Source: a virus. From it: DNA of 64,000 nucleotides. Shown piece by piece: positions 28,501-37,242 of this stretch. The notes below the pieces were generated by a model. The model did no database searches and was not told the origin of the DNA. It saw nothing but the letters and a program-made list of their open reading frames with translations. The stretch spans positions 1 to 64,000 of IMG/VR virus record IMGVR_UViG_3300025695_000007; one strand, 5' to 3'. The position numbers and the translations under genes are program-made. Each line of letters begins with the position of its first letter. Within the stretch, counting starts at the first letter, position 1.

Positions 28501-31011
28501 ACTGGTATTCGATCCTGATCTAGATGTACCTTGACCAGACCAATACAAAGTCAAATACAGGTTCATACGAGCATAGCTATCCGTACCCATATCAGGTTCA
28601 AAAACTGCAGCGTAGTATGGAATTGTGGAGTTTGCAGTCCAGTCGGTTCCTACCGCACCTATTTTATAACCAGAGTATAGCGTTGAATTCCAAGGATTAT
28701 ATACGCTTGATGATGAAATATCATCTACATATGGAGTGACATATTGATAGGTATTGACACTAGGCAGGAGGTATTGCCCAGTATTATATGCGAACGTTGA
28801 GTATGAAATATTAGTTGAGGATGAGTCAGTAATACGAAATCCGCTTGTGGTGGTTGAAGTCGATAGATTAACTCTACCAGATAAGTTTGTCATATATGTA
28901 TCAAGCGCACCATCAATTACGTTCCATGCGAATATATTTGTTTCACCTGGTTCGTGTACAACAGTACCAGATTGTGACGAAGGAGTTGTTCCGCCAGATG
29001 AATCAAATTTCAATTCAACATTGTCTGATAGCGAGTGTGCAGCAAGATAGAAGCTATTTTTAGTTGGATTGGCCTTGTTACCAACAAATGAATAACTTCC
29101 TGTTGCATCATAAATTCTTGCAGAACCTTGACTCCAAACAATTCTAAATCTATCGTCCGATACAGCTTCTACTGTGTAGTTTCCAGAACTTAAATTTGTT
29201 CGAGACGTATTGTTGTATTGAACGCCAAGAGTACCGCTATTAACAGTTAATGATAACGGCAATCCAGTCAGCATTTCGTGACCGGCGGCATAGAATGTGT
29301 CGCCTTCTTCGTCTTTTTTCAACGGCACCCAAAATGCTGTTCTACTTGAGTAGCTATCTGTAAAGCCGTTGCGACTGTTTGTAGAAGTACCATATGAATA
29401 GAATCGAATATATCTTTGTGTAAAGATGTTGCCAGAATAAAAACTACTTGTATAATAACTGCCAGCAAATATAGAATCGTCTTCAATCCAATTATATACG
29501 CCCGGTGTTGTGGAGGATTCGCCGTAAGATGAGTTCAATGTACTTGACTGATAATACGAAAGATTTTGATATCCGTGGAGCGCAGCCGTACCAAACAAAA
29601 TGCCCTTTCCGCTACTGCTGGTATAAGTAGATGCGTTACCCAATCCGTATCCCGAACCAAAGTATGATGCTAAGTCCCAACCAGATCCTACACCATTGTT
29701 ACTATATGCACGTGTGTAGCCATAAGCGTAAGAATCGTTTGCTAATTTGGAACCTGACAATAGTTCATAAACAACACCGATACACGCACGACCATAGTTG
29801 TATGTGCCAGCAGATGAAAAGTTGATTGCAGCACCGTTATATGTTGTAGTAAGTTGGATTGTGTTATCATCAACCCTTTTGATGTAATAAACAGTCATTC
29901 TTGACAACCCACCAATTTGTGTGTCGCCAGAAGGTGGAATATAGAGAACACAATCATTGTCTCTCATTCCATGAGAGGTCCATGTGATTGTATTATTTGT
30001 TGTGTCAACACCCGATGCATTGAACTTTGTCGAATGCATAGGAATATACTGTTTTGTTTCAGTAAGTGTTTGATCAAACGAAGTCAAATCAAAAGCTAGA
30101 GTATCTTCATAATCAACGTATGGTCGACCATCGGGTGCAGTTGATGTTGTTGAGTTAGTTAGACCCAATGTCTTCTTAGCAATAGTATTTGTCAGATAGA
30201 AGTTAGAATCTTGAACAAAACCGTGTGGGTTTGGAGTACTAATTGTCAGTGTCGAGTTAGCGGCCTCATCTGTGCTAAATCCATTATCTTTATCATACGT
30301 AATTTGCGACCCACTGTAGAACTGACCTGGTGTAACCGCAGTGTAAGAAGAACCTATTGAACCTGTAATAGTCTGATTAGCATTAGCTTGATAGATGAAA
30401 GAGTTTGGCAATACACTCTTTACTAGAAACTTACCTTCCGCTGTTCGAGATGCAAGACCTTGAACATCAATAGGTGTGCCAACAACTAGACCATGCGGAA
30501 TTGATGTGCTCACCGTGATTAAATCTGATCCAGCAGAGGCAGTAATATCAGTGATGAACGCAATTGCCGCATCGCCATCTGCGACATAGTACGAGGGAAC
30601 GTTTTGAGAAAGTTCAACAGTTTCCCATTTAGTTGGCTGAAGACCATATTCAAAGTCAGTATCGATAAGGTTTTGAGGAGTCGATACACGAATTTTATGC
30701 ACAGGATCCACATATGACTCATGCATATCCATGTCTTGATGTGGCGTATCTACGATAATCTGAAGAACACTATCATCGGTTGACCCCGCAGCTGAGGTGT
30801 CAAAATCTAAAGTGATGGTAGTTAACTCAGTTTGCTCATTGAATACTACCGAACTTGCACCTTTCGCTGAATCCGCAAAGTTGTAAATGATAGTGCCTGT
30901 GCTAACGTCTGTTATAAGAAGTAGCTCTTCTTGTTTCACATACGCTTCAACAGTAATCGTATCATTTACTGAGTCAAAAGTGTAGTAAGAATTAATAATC
31001 TTCTTTGCCAT
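25510..31011 (-). CDS. Large virion structural / fibre-associated protein (1833 aa)
   Basis: RVSTPQNLIDTDFEYGLQPTKWE, repeated (P)HGL/HRL modules, RQTRKYFRYQSGKG and DYSWYGAGKIRFG, recalled from marine phage structural proteins. Confidence 0.65.
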   Translation of the reverse strand: MAKKIINSYYTFDSVNDTITVEAYVKQEELLLITDVSTGTIIYNFADSAKGASSVVFNEQTELTTITLDFDTSAAGSTDDSVLQIIVDTPHQDMDMHESYVDPVHKIRVSTPQNLIDTDFEYGLQPTKWETVELSQNVPSYYVADGDAAIAFITDITASAGSDLITVSTSIPHGLVVGTPIDVQGLASRTAEGKFLVKSVLPNSFIYQANANQTITGSIGSSYTAVTPGQFYSGSQITYDKDNGFSTDEAANSTLTISTPNPHGFVQDSNFYLTNTIAKKTLGLTNSTTSTAPDGRPYVDYEDTLAFDLTSFDQTLTETKQYIPMHSTKFNASGVDTTNNTITWTSHGMRDNDCVLYIPPSGDTQIGGLSRMTVYYIKRVDDNTIQLTTTYNGAAINFSSAGTYNYGRACIGVVYELLSGSKLANDSYAYGYTRAYSNNGVGSGWDLASYFGSGYGLGNASTYTSSSGKGILFGTAALHGYQNLSYYQSSTLNSSYGESSTTPGVYNWIEDDSIFAGSYYTSSFYSGNIFTQRYIRFYSYGTSTNSRNGFTDSYSSRTAFWVPLKKDEEGDTFYAAGHEMLTGLPLSLTVNSGTLGVQYNNTSRTNLSSGNYTVEAVSDDRFRIVWSQGSARIYDATGSYSFVGNKANPTKNSFYLAAHSLSDNVELKFDSSGGTTPSSQSGTVVHEPGETNIFAWNVIDGALDTYMTNLSGRVNLSTSTTTSGFRITDSSSTNISYSTFAYNTGQYLLPSVNTYQYVTPYVDDISSSSVYNPWNSTLYSGYKIGAVGTDWTANSTIPYYAAVFEPDMGTDSYARMNLYLTLYWSGQGTSRSGSNTSAISYSSNGKNYYYSCSWLRAGGSSANDMIVACIKIRDRSVFNSTTGVNAYSYTRSSVNGYVYPNNYTVEGDKLIFVQFSVDDAITWGTTQAQQLSQAIIDDIATDFIYPTLTNQQNYLTSVVSSDRIALKNNNDFTINLTNSGAATLSFETTSAEIGAVDGAYTATSTTDTDISIQTNFQINPIDYDTDASTIANDNIHISSGHKLQNGTIITYNNNGNASIGGLTHNNDYYVIVVDDEYIQLAASSDDWASGAAIALTAGTGTHRIESSTISGVSEAAGTVATTSTSDTLSGTETLFKRYFKPGDTIFIKDNTATPGSLNSFTVVAIADDEIMQLDRPVGFTSASTKYFVESAIYARPDGYAVHRPFDGGVEIAAGTAPYSQITRQTRKYFRYQSGKGIQTSLAINFSPPVIVDTITASGTTVTVTTKYPHRLSDGLFVTFSGANDSIYNDSYEVTTTSPSTFTFTLPRLPGTSLPGGIIQYVVDSYSDAATRAGMFDYQNGFFFEYDGQQLKACRRSSTTQLSGTVTCTKNSNTILGTNTNFSTQLTVGDYVVIRGMSYKITKINSRSEMFVQPEYRGTSESSIILTKTIDVKVPQSEWNLDRADGTGPEGFNLDIHKIQMAYMDYSWYGAGKIRFGFKDREGHVRYVHEFVHNNRLDEAYMRSGNIPAKYEVVNGPNPTYAPTLFHWGTSVIMDGRFDEDEAYLFTAQSNSLSFTNGQALTATTTANSQLIFESNKQQRTFDFYVEIPFADTDGAKLSNGTKLYTSGGELNGEEISYTRYSGSTVYAAIYVSSGRSYPAVYPSVSGGTTVNIGEPATGGDGLNLGTATIPLVTLRLAPSVDGGVSGQLGERDIINRMQLKLQEVGLILTHDCEVKLILNADLSRVAWESVKQPSLSQLLKHNTGDEVTGGSEIFSFRASGGTTDSAGKRLGASTNFSLASVIDMGNSILGGDGTFPNGPDILTVAIQVADTSGITASSPLQASARITWSESQA

Positions 31012-31017
31012 TTTATA

Positions 31018-31257
31018 TTATCCTAATGCAATTGAGTAAGCGATGGCGATTGCAGATGTAACACCCCCGCTGCCTCCTCCTTGGACTGATGCACCGCCAA
31101 TGGTAACATCCCCGCCCGAACCAACAACAACATCTCCTGCAACATTTAAATCGTTACTAAGATGCGCGTCTCTAAATTTTGCTGTTGAGTGTCCCAAATC
31201 AGCGTCTGTATGTCCTGGAACTAGTCCATTATCAACTGTAAATGCTACTTTTGCCAT
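31018..31257 (-). CDS. Small fibre-associated protein
   Basis: GGAG SD; ends SAIAIAYSIALG; lies between fibre genes. Confidence 0.6.
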   Translation of the reverse strand: MAKVAFTVDNGLVPGHTDADLGHSTAKFRDAHLSNDLNVAGDVVVGSGGDVTIGGASVQGGGSGGVTSAIAIAYSIALG

Positions 31258-31268
31258 TATTATCTCCT

Positions 31269-33605
31269 TTATGAATCAATTAGCGTATAGGCAACCTTTA
31301 CAGTTGAACTATTTGCTGAGGACATTGTCACTTCAAGTGCCGTATTTGTCGAAACATTAGCAACATCAAATGAGGCAAGAGCGCTGGCAGACGTATACAT
31401 AGTACCATAGGTTGTAATCTTAGGTGTTCCTCCATTAACCGTTAAAATTAAGGCTTCTGTAATTTGAGTATCGCCTGTTGTTCCGTCCGTGATTGTTATA
31501 ATTAATTTAGATCCAACGTAATCTGCGCTTGCATACATTACAACATTTGTTGCATTTGTTGTTGCAATTGTAGAGGTTAAGCTACCTTCTTTACGATGGT
31601 TACCTACTTGCAGCGTACCAGAAGTCGACACATTACCAGAAGAATCAACAGTAACAAGTTCGTGATTATCTAGAGTTGTAGAGTTAAAACCCCAAATAGC
31701 AATCTCATCACCATTCTCTGCGGCTGTTACAAGTGTTACAATACCTGTACTCTGTACAAATGACCACTGGCTATCATCTAGGTAAACACCATTTTTGAAT
31801 ACCTGAACCTTGTCGTGTGTATTTACCGAGGTACCAAATGTCGATGTTGTTGAAGTCACATTGTAATAGTAATCTTCATATCCTGCGTAGCCAGCTTGTG
31901 CCCCACCGCCACCTGACACTGTAGTGAATGAGAAGTTACCGGAACCATCAGTCTGAAGTACTTGACCAGAAGTGCCGTCACTAATACCAAAGTCCAAAAT
32001 AGATGTTGGTGTGCTTGTAAAGTTTGTGTAGTCAAGGTAGTGAGAGCCTTCTTGACCGTCAAGCAAGTCTGCATCTAGTCCAGAGGTTGTTCCATCAACT
32101 GTTTTAATTGCAGTCAACAACTCACTGGCGGTTGAATATGTTTCGCTTGTTAGATACCCAGAAGCGTTATTAAAAGAAATAACACCTGTTGCGCTATCAT
32201 AACTAATATCACCCGTACCGCTAATTGCACCTCTTGCACGTGTGGCTGTGTGATAGAGGTTTGTGCCTTCAGACAAATCAGTTGTCGATTTGTTACTAAA
32301 GTCTGTATTGAATCTTGTAGTCGTATAGTAAAGATTTGTTGAACCTTCAGCCAGATCATCTGTATCAAATCCTGTTAGGTTATGAGTAGATATGTTTAGA
32401 CCCCAACCCATATACTCATGCGCTGAACACTGATAATAAAGTGTCGCAGGAGTTGATTCGCTAACAACAATTTCTGTGTATGCGCCTGCAGAACCAGGCG
32501 TGCCGTTGTTTGTTACGCCAGTTGTATATGCAGTTGTTTTACCTTCATCATAATAGAATACAAGCGGATGACCTGAGTTAGACGCATCTGACTGGTCAAA
32601 GCGATATGTCATTCCGGGAACCATATGCAAGAATGGCGCAAATGTTCCGTTTATCTTGTAGCCGTTTGCTGATCCATTATTGAATTGTGGATGTGTTGCG
32701 TCTTTTGTATCAACAGTAACAGTGTATGTTTTTACATTTTCATATTGTATATTATTCGATTCACTTGTTAAGTATCCACTCAGATCGGGCGGTGTGTATG
32801 TGAATACACCGCTTGTATTATTATAAGAGAGATTTGCTGTGCCAGCGGTTGCAACTGTTACGGATAAATCTGTTAATCCGATTCCGCCACTACCACCAGA
32901 AACAGTAGTAAACGTTAGACTACCGGAACCATCGGTTGTTAATACCTGACCTGCGCTTCCGTCAGACGTTGGGAATGAATATGCATCATTAAATCTGATT
33001 ACACCAGTCGAACTAACTTCAATGCGTGTAGATCCACCAAATGGACCTGTTTTAAATGTTAATTTGTTTTCTACCCCAACGCCAAAGTCATAAGTGTTTT
33101 CGACTATAACATTACCTCGGCGTGAACTGCTATTACCAACGCCACCGCTATACGCACCACCTTGTAAACTTACATCACCGCCTAATGACGAATAAGAATT
33201 GCTAGGAGCTTTGCCTGTACCGCCTCTAAGTACAAGTTCGCCACCTTTACCATCTCCTATCACTGGGATGGTATCGCCTGCTTTAAGTAATGTCACCAAA
33301 GTGCCTGTGTTACCACCTTGTAATTCTAAACTTGCACCAGGAATAGAAGCAATCGGTTCGGTACGACCTCTAATTATTCTACCATTAACGTCAAGATCAC
33401 CACCTAGTTGAGGAGTAGTATCTTCAACGATATTTGAAATGCCGCTTAAAGCTCCTATCTCTACAACAGATTCGGTGCCATCATCTTTTTTGATAAACAT
33501 TTTACCATCATATGTATTGATGGCAACTTCTCCAAGAGCTAGAGAAGAAGTGGAGGGTACAGCGGCCGGCGTAGCCGACCGCTTTAGCTTAATAGTTTGT
33601 GCCAT
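31269..33605 (-). CDS. Tail fibre protein (778 aa)
   Basis: MAQTIKLKRS...LALGEVAINTYDGK N-terminal anchor, TDDLxEGxTNLY repeats, GLDADLLDG, YRFDQSDxSN-HP...LYYQCSAH module. Confidence 0.75.
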   Translation of the reverse strand: MAQTIKLKRSATPAAVPSTSSLALGEVAINTYDGKMFIKKDDGTESVVEIGALSGISNIVEDTTPQLGGDLDVNGRIIRGRTEPIASIPGASLELQGGNTGTLVTLLKAGDTIPVIGDGKGGELVLRGGTGKAPSNSYSSLGGDVSLQGGAYSGGVGNSSSRRGNVIVENTYDFGVGVENKLTFKTGPFGGSTRIEVSSTGVIRFNDAYSFPTSDGSAGQVLTTDGSGSLTFTTVSGGSGGIGLTDLSVTVATAGTANLSYNNTSGVFTYTPPDLSGYLTSESNNIQYENVKTYTVTVDTKDATHPQFNNGSANGYKINGTFAPFLHMVPGMTYRFDQSDASNSGHPLVFYYDEGKTTAYTTGVTNNGTPGSAGAYTEIVVSESTPATLYYQCSAHEYMGWGLNISTHNLTGFDTDDLAEGSTNLYYTTTRFNTDFSNKSTTDLSEGTNLYHTATRARGAISGTGDISYDSATGVISFNNASGYLTSETYSTASELLTAIKTVDGTTSGLDADLLDGQEGSHYLDYTNFTSTPTSILDFGISDGTSGQVLQTDGSGNFSFTTVSGGGGAQAGYAGYEDYYYNVTSTTSTFGTSVNTHDKVQVFKNGVYLDDSQWSFVQSTGIVTLVTAAENGDEIAIWGFNSTTLDNHELVTVDSSGNVSTSGTLQVGNHRKEGSLTSTIATTNATNVVMYASADYVGSKLIITITDGTTGDTQITEALILTVNGGTPKITTYGTMYTSASALASFDVANVSTNTALEVTMSSANSSTVKVAYTLIDS

Positions 33606-33652
33606 GTGGCTCTCCTAATAATACGTATATACGCTGGAGTTGAAAAAGTTTT

Positions 33653-35626
33653 TTAGAATGTTCCGCCATCAAGTTGAGTTACAGAGAGAACTCCGGCAAG
33701 GTAGGATAGGCCATCCCCTGCAAGCGAAGACTTAAGTTGTAAGTCTCCTGCAGATATCTCAATACCTCCAGCAGAAGCAACATTTACAGTAAATTCGCTA
33801 CCTGTTAAGGTTAGTCCTGCACCTGCAGTATAAGTACCTGCTCCTGAGAACTGTACAAAAGATACCGCATCTGTGCCTACAGTAGCTACTGGCTCACCTA
33901 ATACCCAACCTGTATCAGCATACTGAGTACCATGAGTAACAAATATGAAGTCACCCCCCGCCATTTCTGCAGGAGTATCAAAATCTTCAGCACGAGTCAA
34001 GACAGTTGTCGAGGTTAGAACATAAATACCATTATGAGCAGAAGTTGCTTCACCTGCAACAATGATGCGATCACCGGTGGTAATATCTGTATCGCCGTCT
34101 AAATCTCCGCCCGGTATATCAAGAGCAGTAGAAAGAGTTAGGGTTGCTCCTACGCCTGAAGTCCCGTTGTCATAAGTAACTGTATTACCAGTTATAGTAG
34201 CAAGAGGGCTTGTAATAATAGCATGAGCAGCGGCATGTACATGTAAGCCTTCTGCAACGGTATCAACATAGTTTTTAGTAGCTGCATCTGAACCATTTAC
34301 TGGTTCTGCTAGTCCAGTAATTCGAGAGCTATTAACAGATACAGAGCCAGAGCCATTAGGATTAAGAGATATATCTCCATTAGTATCCGTAGATGCAATT
34401 TGATTGCCATTAAAGTTTAGATTATCAACCGTAAGTTCTGTTACTCCTGCTAAAGAAGTAGAAGTAGTTCCAAGTTCTAGAGTAGTGGAGCCTAAAGTTA
34501 CAGATGAATTTGCAAGTTTTGCATTTGTAATCGCACCCGTGGCAATAGTAAAATCACCAGTTGCAGAAGTATAAGTAATACCTCCAGAAGCTGTAAAATG
34601 AGAACGAATCTCTGCTGCAGAAGGTCCAGTATAAGTAATGACTCCAGTAGAAGAGTTATAACTTAAAGATCCATCGCCTCCCGCATCAGTAACACTAATA
34701 GCTGAACGTGAACGAGTATCTGTATAGTAAAGGTTTGTTGCACCTTCAGATAAATCGTCAGTATCGGCTAATGCAAGTTTTGAATCGAACATTGCTTCGC
34801 CGCGTGCAGTCGTCCAATAAAGGTTAGTTACCCCTTCGGATACATTATCAGTTGTTTTGTTGGCTAAATCAGCATCAAAGTCGGCCGATTTGTAAGTGGT
34901 TACACTAAATTCACCGGTTGTACTGTTATAGCTTAAATCACCCGCTGCACTAAAGAGCCCTCGAACTTCTGCATCTGTACGCTCTGTAAAAGAGAACTCT
35001 CCAGTAGTAGAGTTATAGGATAAATCTCCTGCAGCACTAACTAATCCACGTATTTCTGCGTCTGAAAGACCTGTAAAAGTAACTTCATTATTTGTAACAG
35101 TAGCGGTAATATTTGTACCACCAGTAAAAGTGAGAGTTTCTCCTGTAGTAAACGTATCCGAGCTAGTACCATCAGATAGAGTAAAGCTTCCAGAAGGAAT
35201 AGCTGCCCAAGAAAGTTGTCCACTACCGTTTGTCTTTAGAAAGTAATTTGCCAGACCATCTGCTTGAGGCCAATTTTGTCCGTCAAGGATTAGGTTTCCT
35301 GTGCCATTTGGAGTGATTTCTATGTCGCCGTTAAGATCAGTGGAGACAATAGAGTTACCATTTAAAGTAATATTATCAACATTTAATACGTCAAGCTTAC
35401 TGCTTGAATCAACAATAAGAGCACTACTAGCAGTTACAGTTCCTGCAGTATGATCGAGCAAGTCGGTAAAAAACTTACCACCAATGGCATCTATATCTCC
35501 CGTACCACCTCCAGGACGACCTATAAACAGTTTATTGCTGTTTGCAGAATACGCCAGTTCTCCGTTTTGTAAGCTAGAAGGAGACGCTGTAGTAGTACTT
35601 CTTTTAATTTTCAATATTTGAGTCAT
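33653..35626 (-). CDS. Tail fibre protein (657 aa)
   Basis: MTQILKIKRS...LQNGELAYS anchor, GDLSYNSTTGEFS repeats, DAATKNYVD, C-terminal LDGGTF. Confidence 0.75.
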   Translation of the reverse strand: MTQILKIKRSTTTASPSSLQNGELAYSANSNKLFIGRPGGGTGDIDAIGGKFFTDLLDHTAGTVTASSALIVDSSSKLDVLNVDNITLNGNSIVSTDLNGDIEITPNGTGNLILDGQNWPQADGLANYFLKTNGSGQLSWAAIPSGSFTLSDGTSSDTFTTGETLTFTGGTNITATVTNNEVTFTGLSDAEIRGLVSAAGDLSYNSTTGEFSFTERTDAEVRGLFSAAGDLSYNSTTGEFSVTTYKSADFDADLANKTTDNVSEGVTNLYWTTARGEAMFDSKLALADTDDLSEGATNLYYTDTRSRSAISVTDAGGDGSLSYNSSTGVITYTGPSAAEIRSHFTASGGITYTSATGDFTIATGAITNAKLANSSVTLGSTTLELGTTSTSLAGVTELTVDNLNFNGNQIASTDTNGDISLNPNGSGSVSVNSSRITGLAEPVNGSDAATKNYVDTVAEGLHVHAAAHAIITSPLATITGNTVTYDNGTSGVGATLTLSTALDIPGGDLDGDTDITTGDRIIVAGEATSAHNGIYVLTSTTVLTRAEDFDTPAEMAGGDFIFVTHGTQYADTGWVLGEPVATVGTDAVSFVQFSGAGTYTAGAGLTLTGSEFTVNVASAGGIEISAGDLQLKSSLAGDGLSYLAGVLSVTQLDGGTF

Positions 35627-35644
35627 TTTAAAAATTCCATTGGG

Positions 35645-36022
35645 CTAAAAAGCCCCTGCGTCCACCGTATCGGAATTAGGAGAGTCGTTGCCTATCATTA
35701 TAGGAACCCACTCTACTACTCCTGGACTTACTTCTCGGTAAACATAGAGTTGCTGTGTGTCCGGGTTATACCATTGGTCTCCTTGCTCAAGATTAGAGCC
35801 AGTAGGAATATCTACAGAACGAAAAGACTGATCTGCAAGTTGCTGTAATGCTTCTTGTAAGTTTTCAGCAGTTATACTATTGTAAGGAGTTACTAAAACA
35901 TTTTCTGAAGACATTTCTAGCCCTAAGCTAGAAACAAATGCTAAGTTAGCAGTAACTTCAGTTACAGAAGTAGATACCTCAAGCTGAGATATATATGGAG
36001 CTATTTCTATAGTAATTGCCAT
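35645..36022 (-). CDS. Tail-fibre-associated protein
   Basis: ENLQEALQQLA, GDQWYNP, C-terminal VDAGAF motif resembling the neighbour's end. Confidence 0.6.
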   Translation of the reverse strand: MAITIEIAPYISQLEVSTSVTEVTANLAFVSSLGLEMSSENVLVTPYNSITAENLQEALQQLADQSFRSVDIPTGSNLEQGDQWYNPDTQQLYVYREVSPGVVEWVPIMIGNDSPNSDTVDAGAF

Positions 36023-36360
36023 TATCTTGTAACTTCTTGAGTAATTGTAACTTGACCTTCAAGTAGTCTTGTTACATTTACATCGCCTGAAGAATAAATT
36101 TCTAAATCGTAGAAGTATAAACCAGCAGAAATTGCACTAGTCACTCCATTTGCTAACTCCATCTTTATTTTTCCGCCGACAGCATCTACAACTGTACAAG
36201 TAAACGAAGCTACTAAAGTTGCATCCGCTTTTTTTGAACGCATCTGAGCTCGGGCACTCCACCCAGTTAAATTTTTAGGGGATCCATCCTCAGAAAGAGT
36301 CAACTGAATCGCAAAATCCGATCCTTGATCTATTATAAGGTTATAAGCTGCAGCAGTCAT
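36022..36360 (-). CDS. Fibre attachment / baseplate-upper-like protein
   Basis: YNLIIDQGSDF...NLTGWSARAQMR...YFYDLEI...RLLEG; own promoter and GGAG SD. Confidence 0.65.
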   Translation of the reverse strand: MTAAAYNLIIDQGSDFAIQLTLSEDGSPKNLTGWSARAQMRSKKADATLVASFTCTVVDAVGGKIKMELANGVTSAISAGLYFYDLEIYSSGDVNVTRLLEGQVTITQEVTR

Positions 36361-36380
36361 TCTTTTTTCTCCATGTTGAA

Positions 36381-36409
36381 ATTATAACAAAGCGAACATT
36401 TTAAGTCAA
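36381..36409 (-). promoter_or_regulatory. Sigma70-type promoter for the fibre operon
   Basis: AAAAATATTTC-TTGACT-17nt-TATAAT on the minus strand. Confidence 0.8.
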
Positions 36410-36434
36410 GAAATATTTTTGGTCAGGTATTTGT

Positions 36435-36764
36435 TTATACTAATTCGTACCTAACTAATCCAATTTCGTTCTCGCGTTTCGAAAGTTCAATTTCGTGTAT
36501 AGCTTTTAATTGGGTTAAAAACTCTTCTCCACCATTTGCTTGTATAACCCAATTTGCTAGAGTATCCGTACTTATTTGATCTACAGGAATAAAGGTATCT
36601 TGAGATAAAGCGGTTACATCGAGTACTGCTTCAACCATTCCTTGCGTTGAGACCCCGTTGCGAGAGAAAGTAATCTTTAAAAGTGCTTTTCCTACTACAT
36701 TTGTAAAAGCTTCTTTTTCAGGATAGACAAATAAGTCTAGTATTTCATAAGTTGTTTCTATCAT
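36435..36764 (-). CDS. Hypothetical tail-fibre accessory/chaperone protein
   Basis: GGAGG SD; FIPVDQISTDTLANWV motif; follows the adhesin gene. Confidence 0.55.
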   Translation of the reverse strand: MIETTYEILDLFVYPEKEAFTNVVGKALLKITFSRNGVSTQGMVEAVLDVTALSQDTFIPVDQISTDTLANWVIQANGGEEFLTQLKAIHEIELSKRENEIGLVRYELV

Positions 36765-36795
36765 GTTGTTATTCCTCCATAAAAAGATATTATTG

Positions 36796-37242
36796 CTATA
36801 CTCTTGCTATATCTGCTACACTATAATTTACACCTCCAAGAGGTTGATTAGTAAATGTCCAAGTGCCGGGTTTTTTAAAATAGGTGTAACCACCAACGCT
36901 GTAACTAAACGGGACTCCGAAAGAGGTACCACTAAACGATGCTATTTGTGCATTATTCCAGTATATTAGCACTGTCCAAGGGGAGCTTTGTCTTTGTGCC
37001 CATCCATAAATAGTACCAGAAAGACTGGCACTTGTATAAGTAACTTTAGTAGCCCCTCGCAACTCATACATACTTATAGTACTTCCGGATGCTGGATTTA
37101 TTCCATCCGCACCAGAGTACTGACTATTCGCTGCTAAATATCTAATATTTGATGAATTAAGAGAGAGCGTAGCGTTTGAAGAATTGCCTAGCTCAGTATT
37201 TATATTAGCAAAACTAATTGATCCACTAGTTGGAAGAGTCAT
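36796..37242 (-). CDS. Putative fibre-tip adhesin (gp38-like N-terminus)
   Basis: MTLPTSGSISFANINTELG...ISMYELRG; overlaps the end of an S74-capped fibre. Confidence 0.65.
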   Translation of the reverse strand: MTLPTSGSISFANINTELGNSSNATLSLNSSNIRYLAANSQYSGADGINPASGSTISMYELRGATKVTYTSASLSGTIYGWAQRQSSPWTVLIYWNNAQIASFSGTSFGVPFSYSVGGYTYFKKPGTWTFTNQPLGGVNYSVADIARV

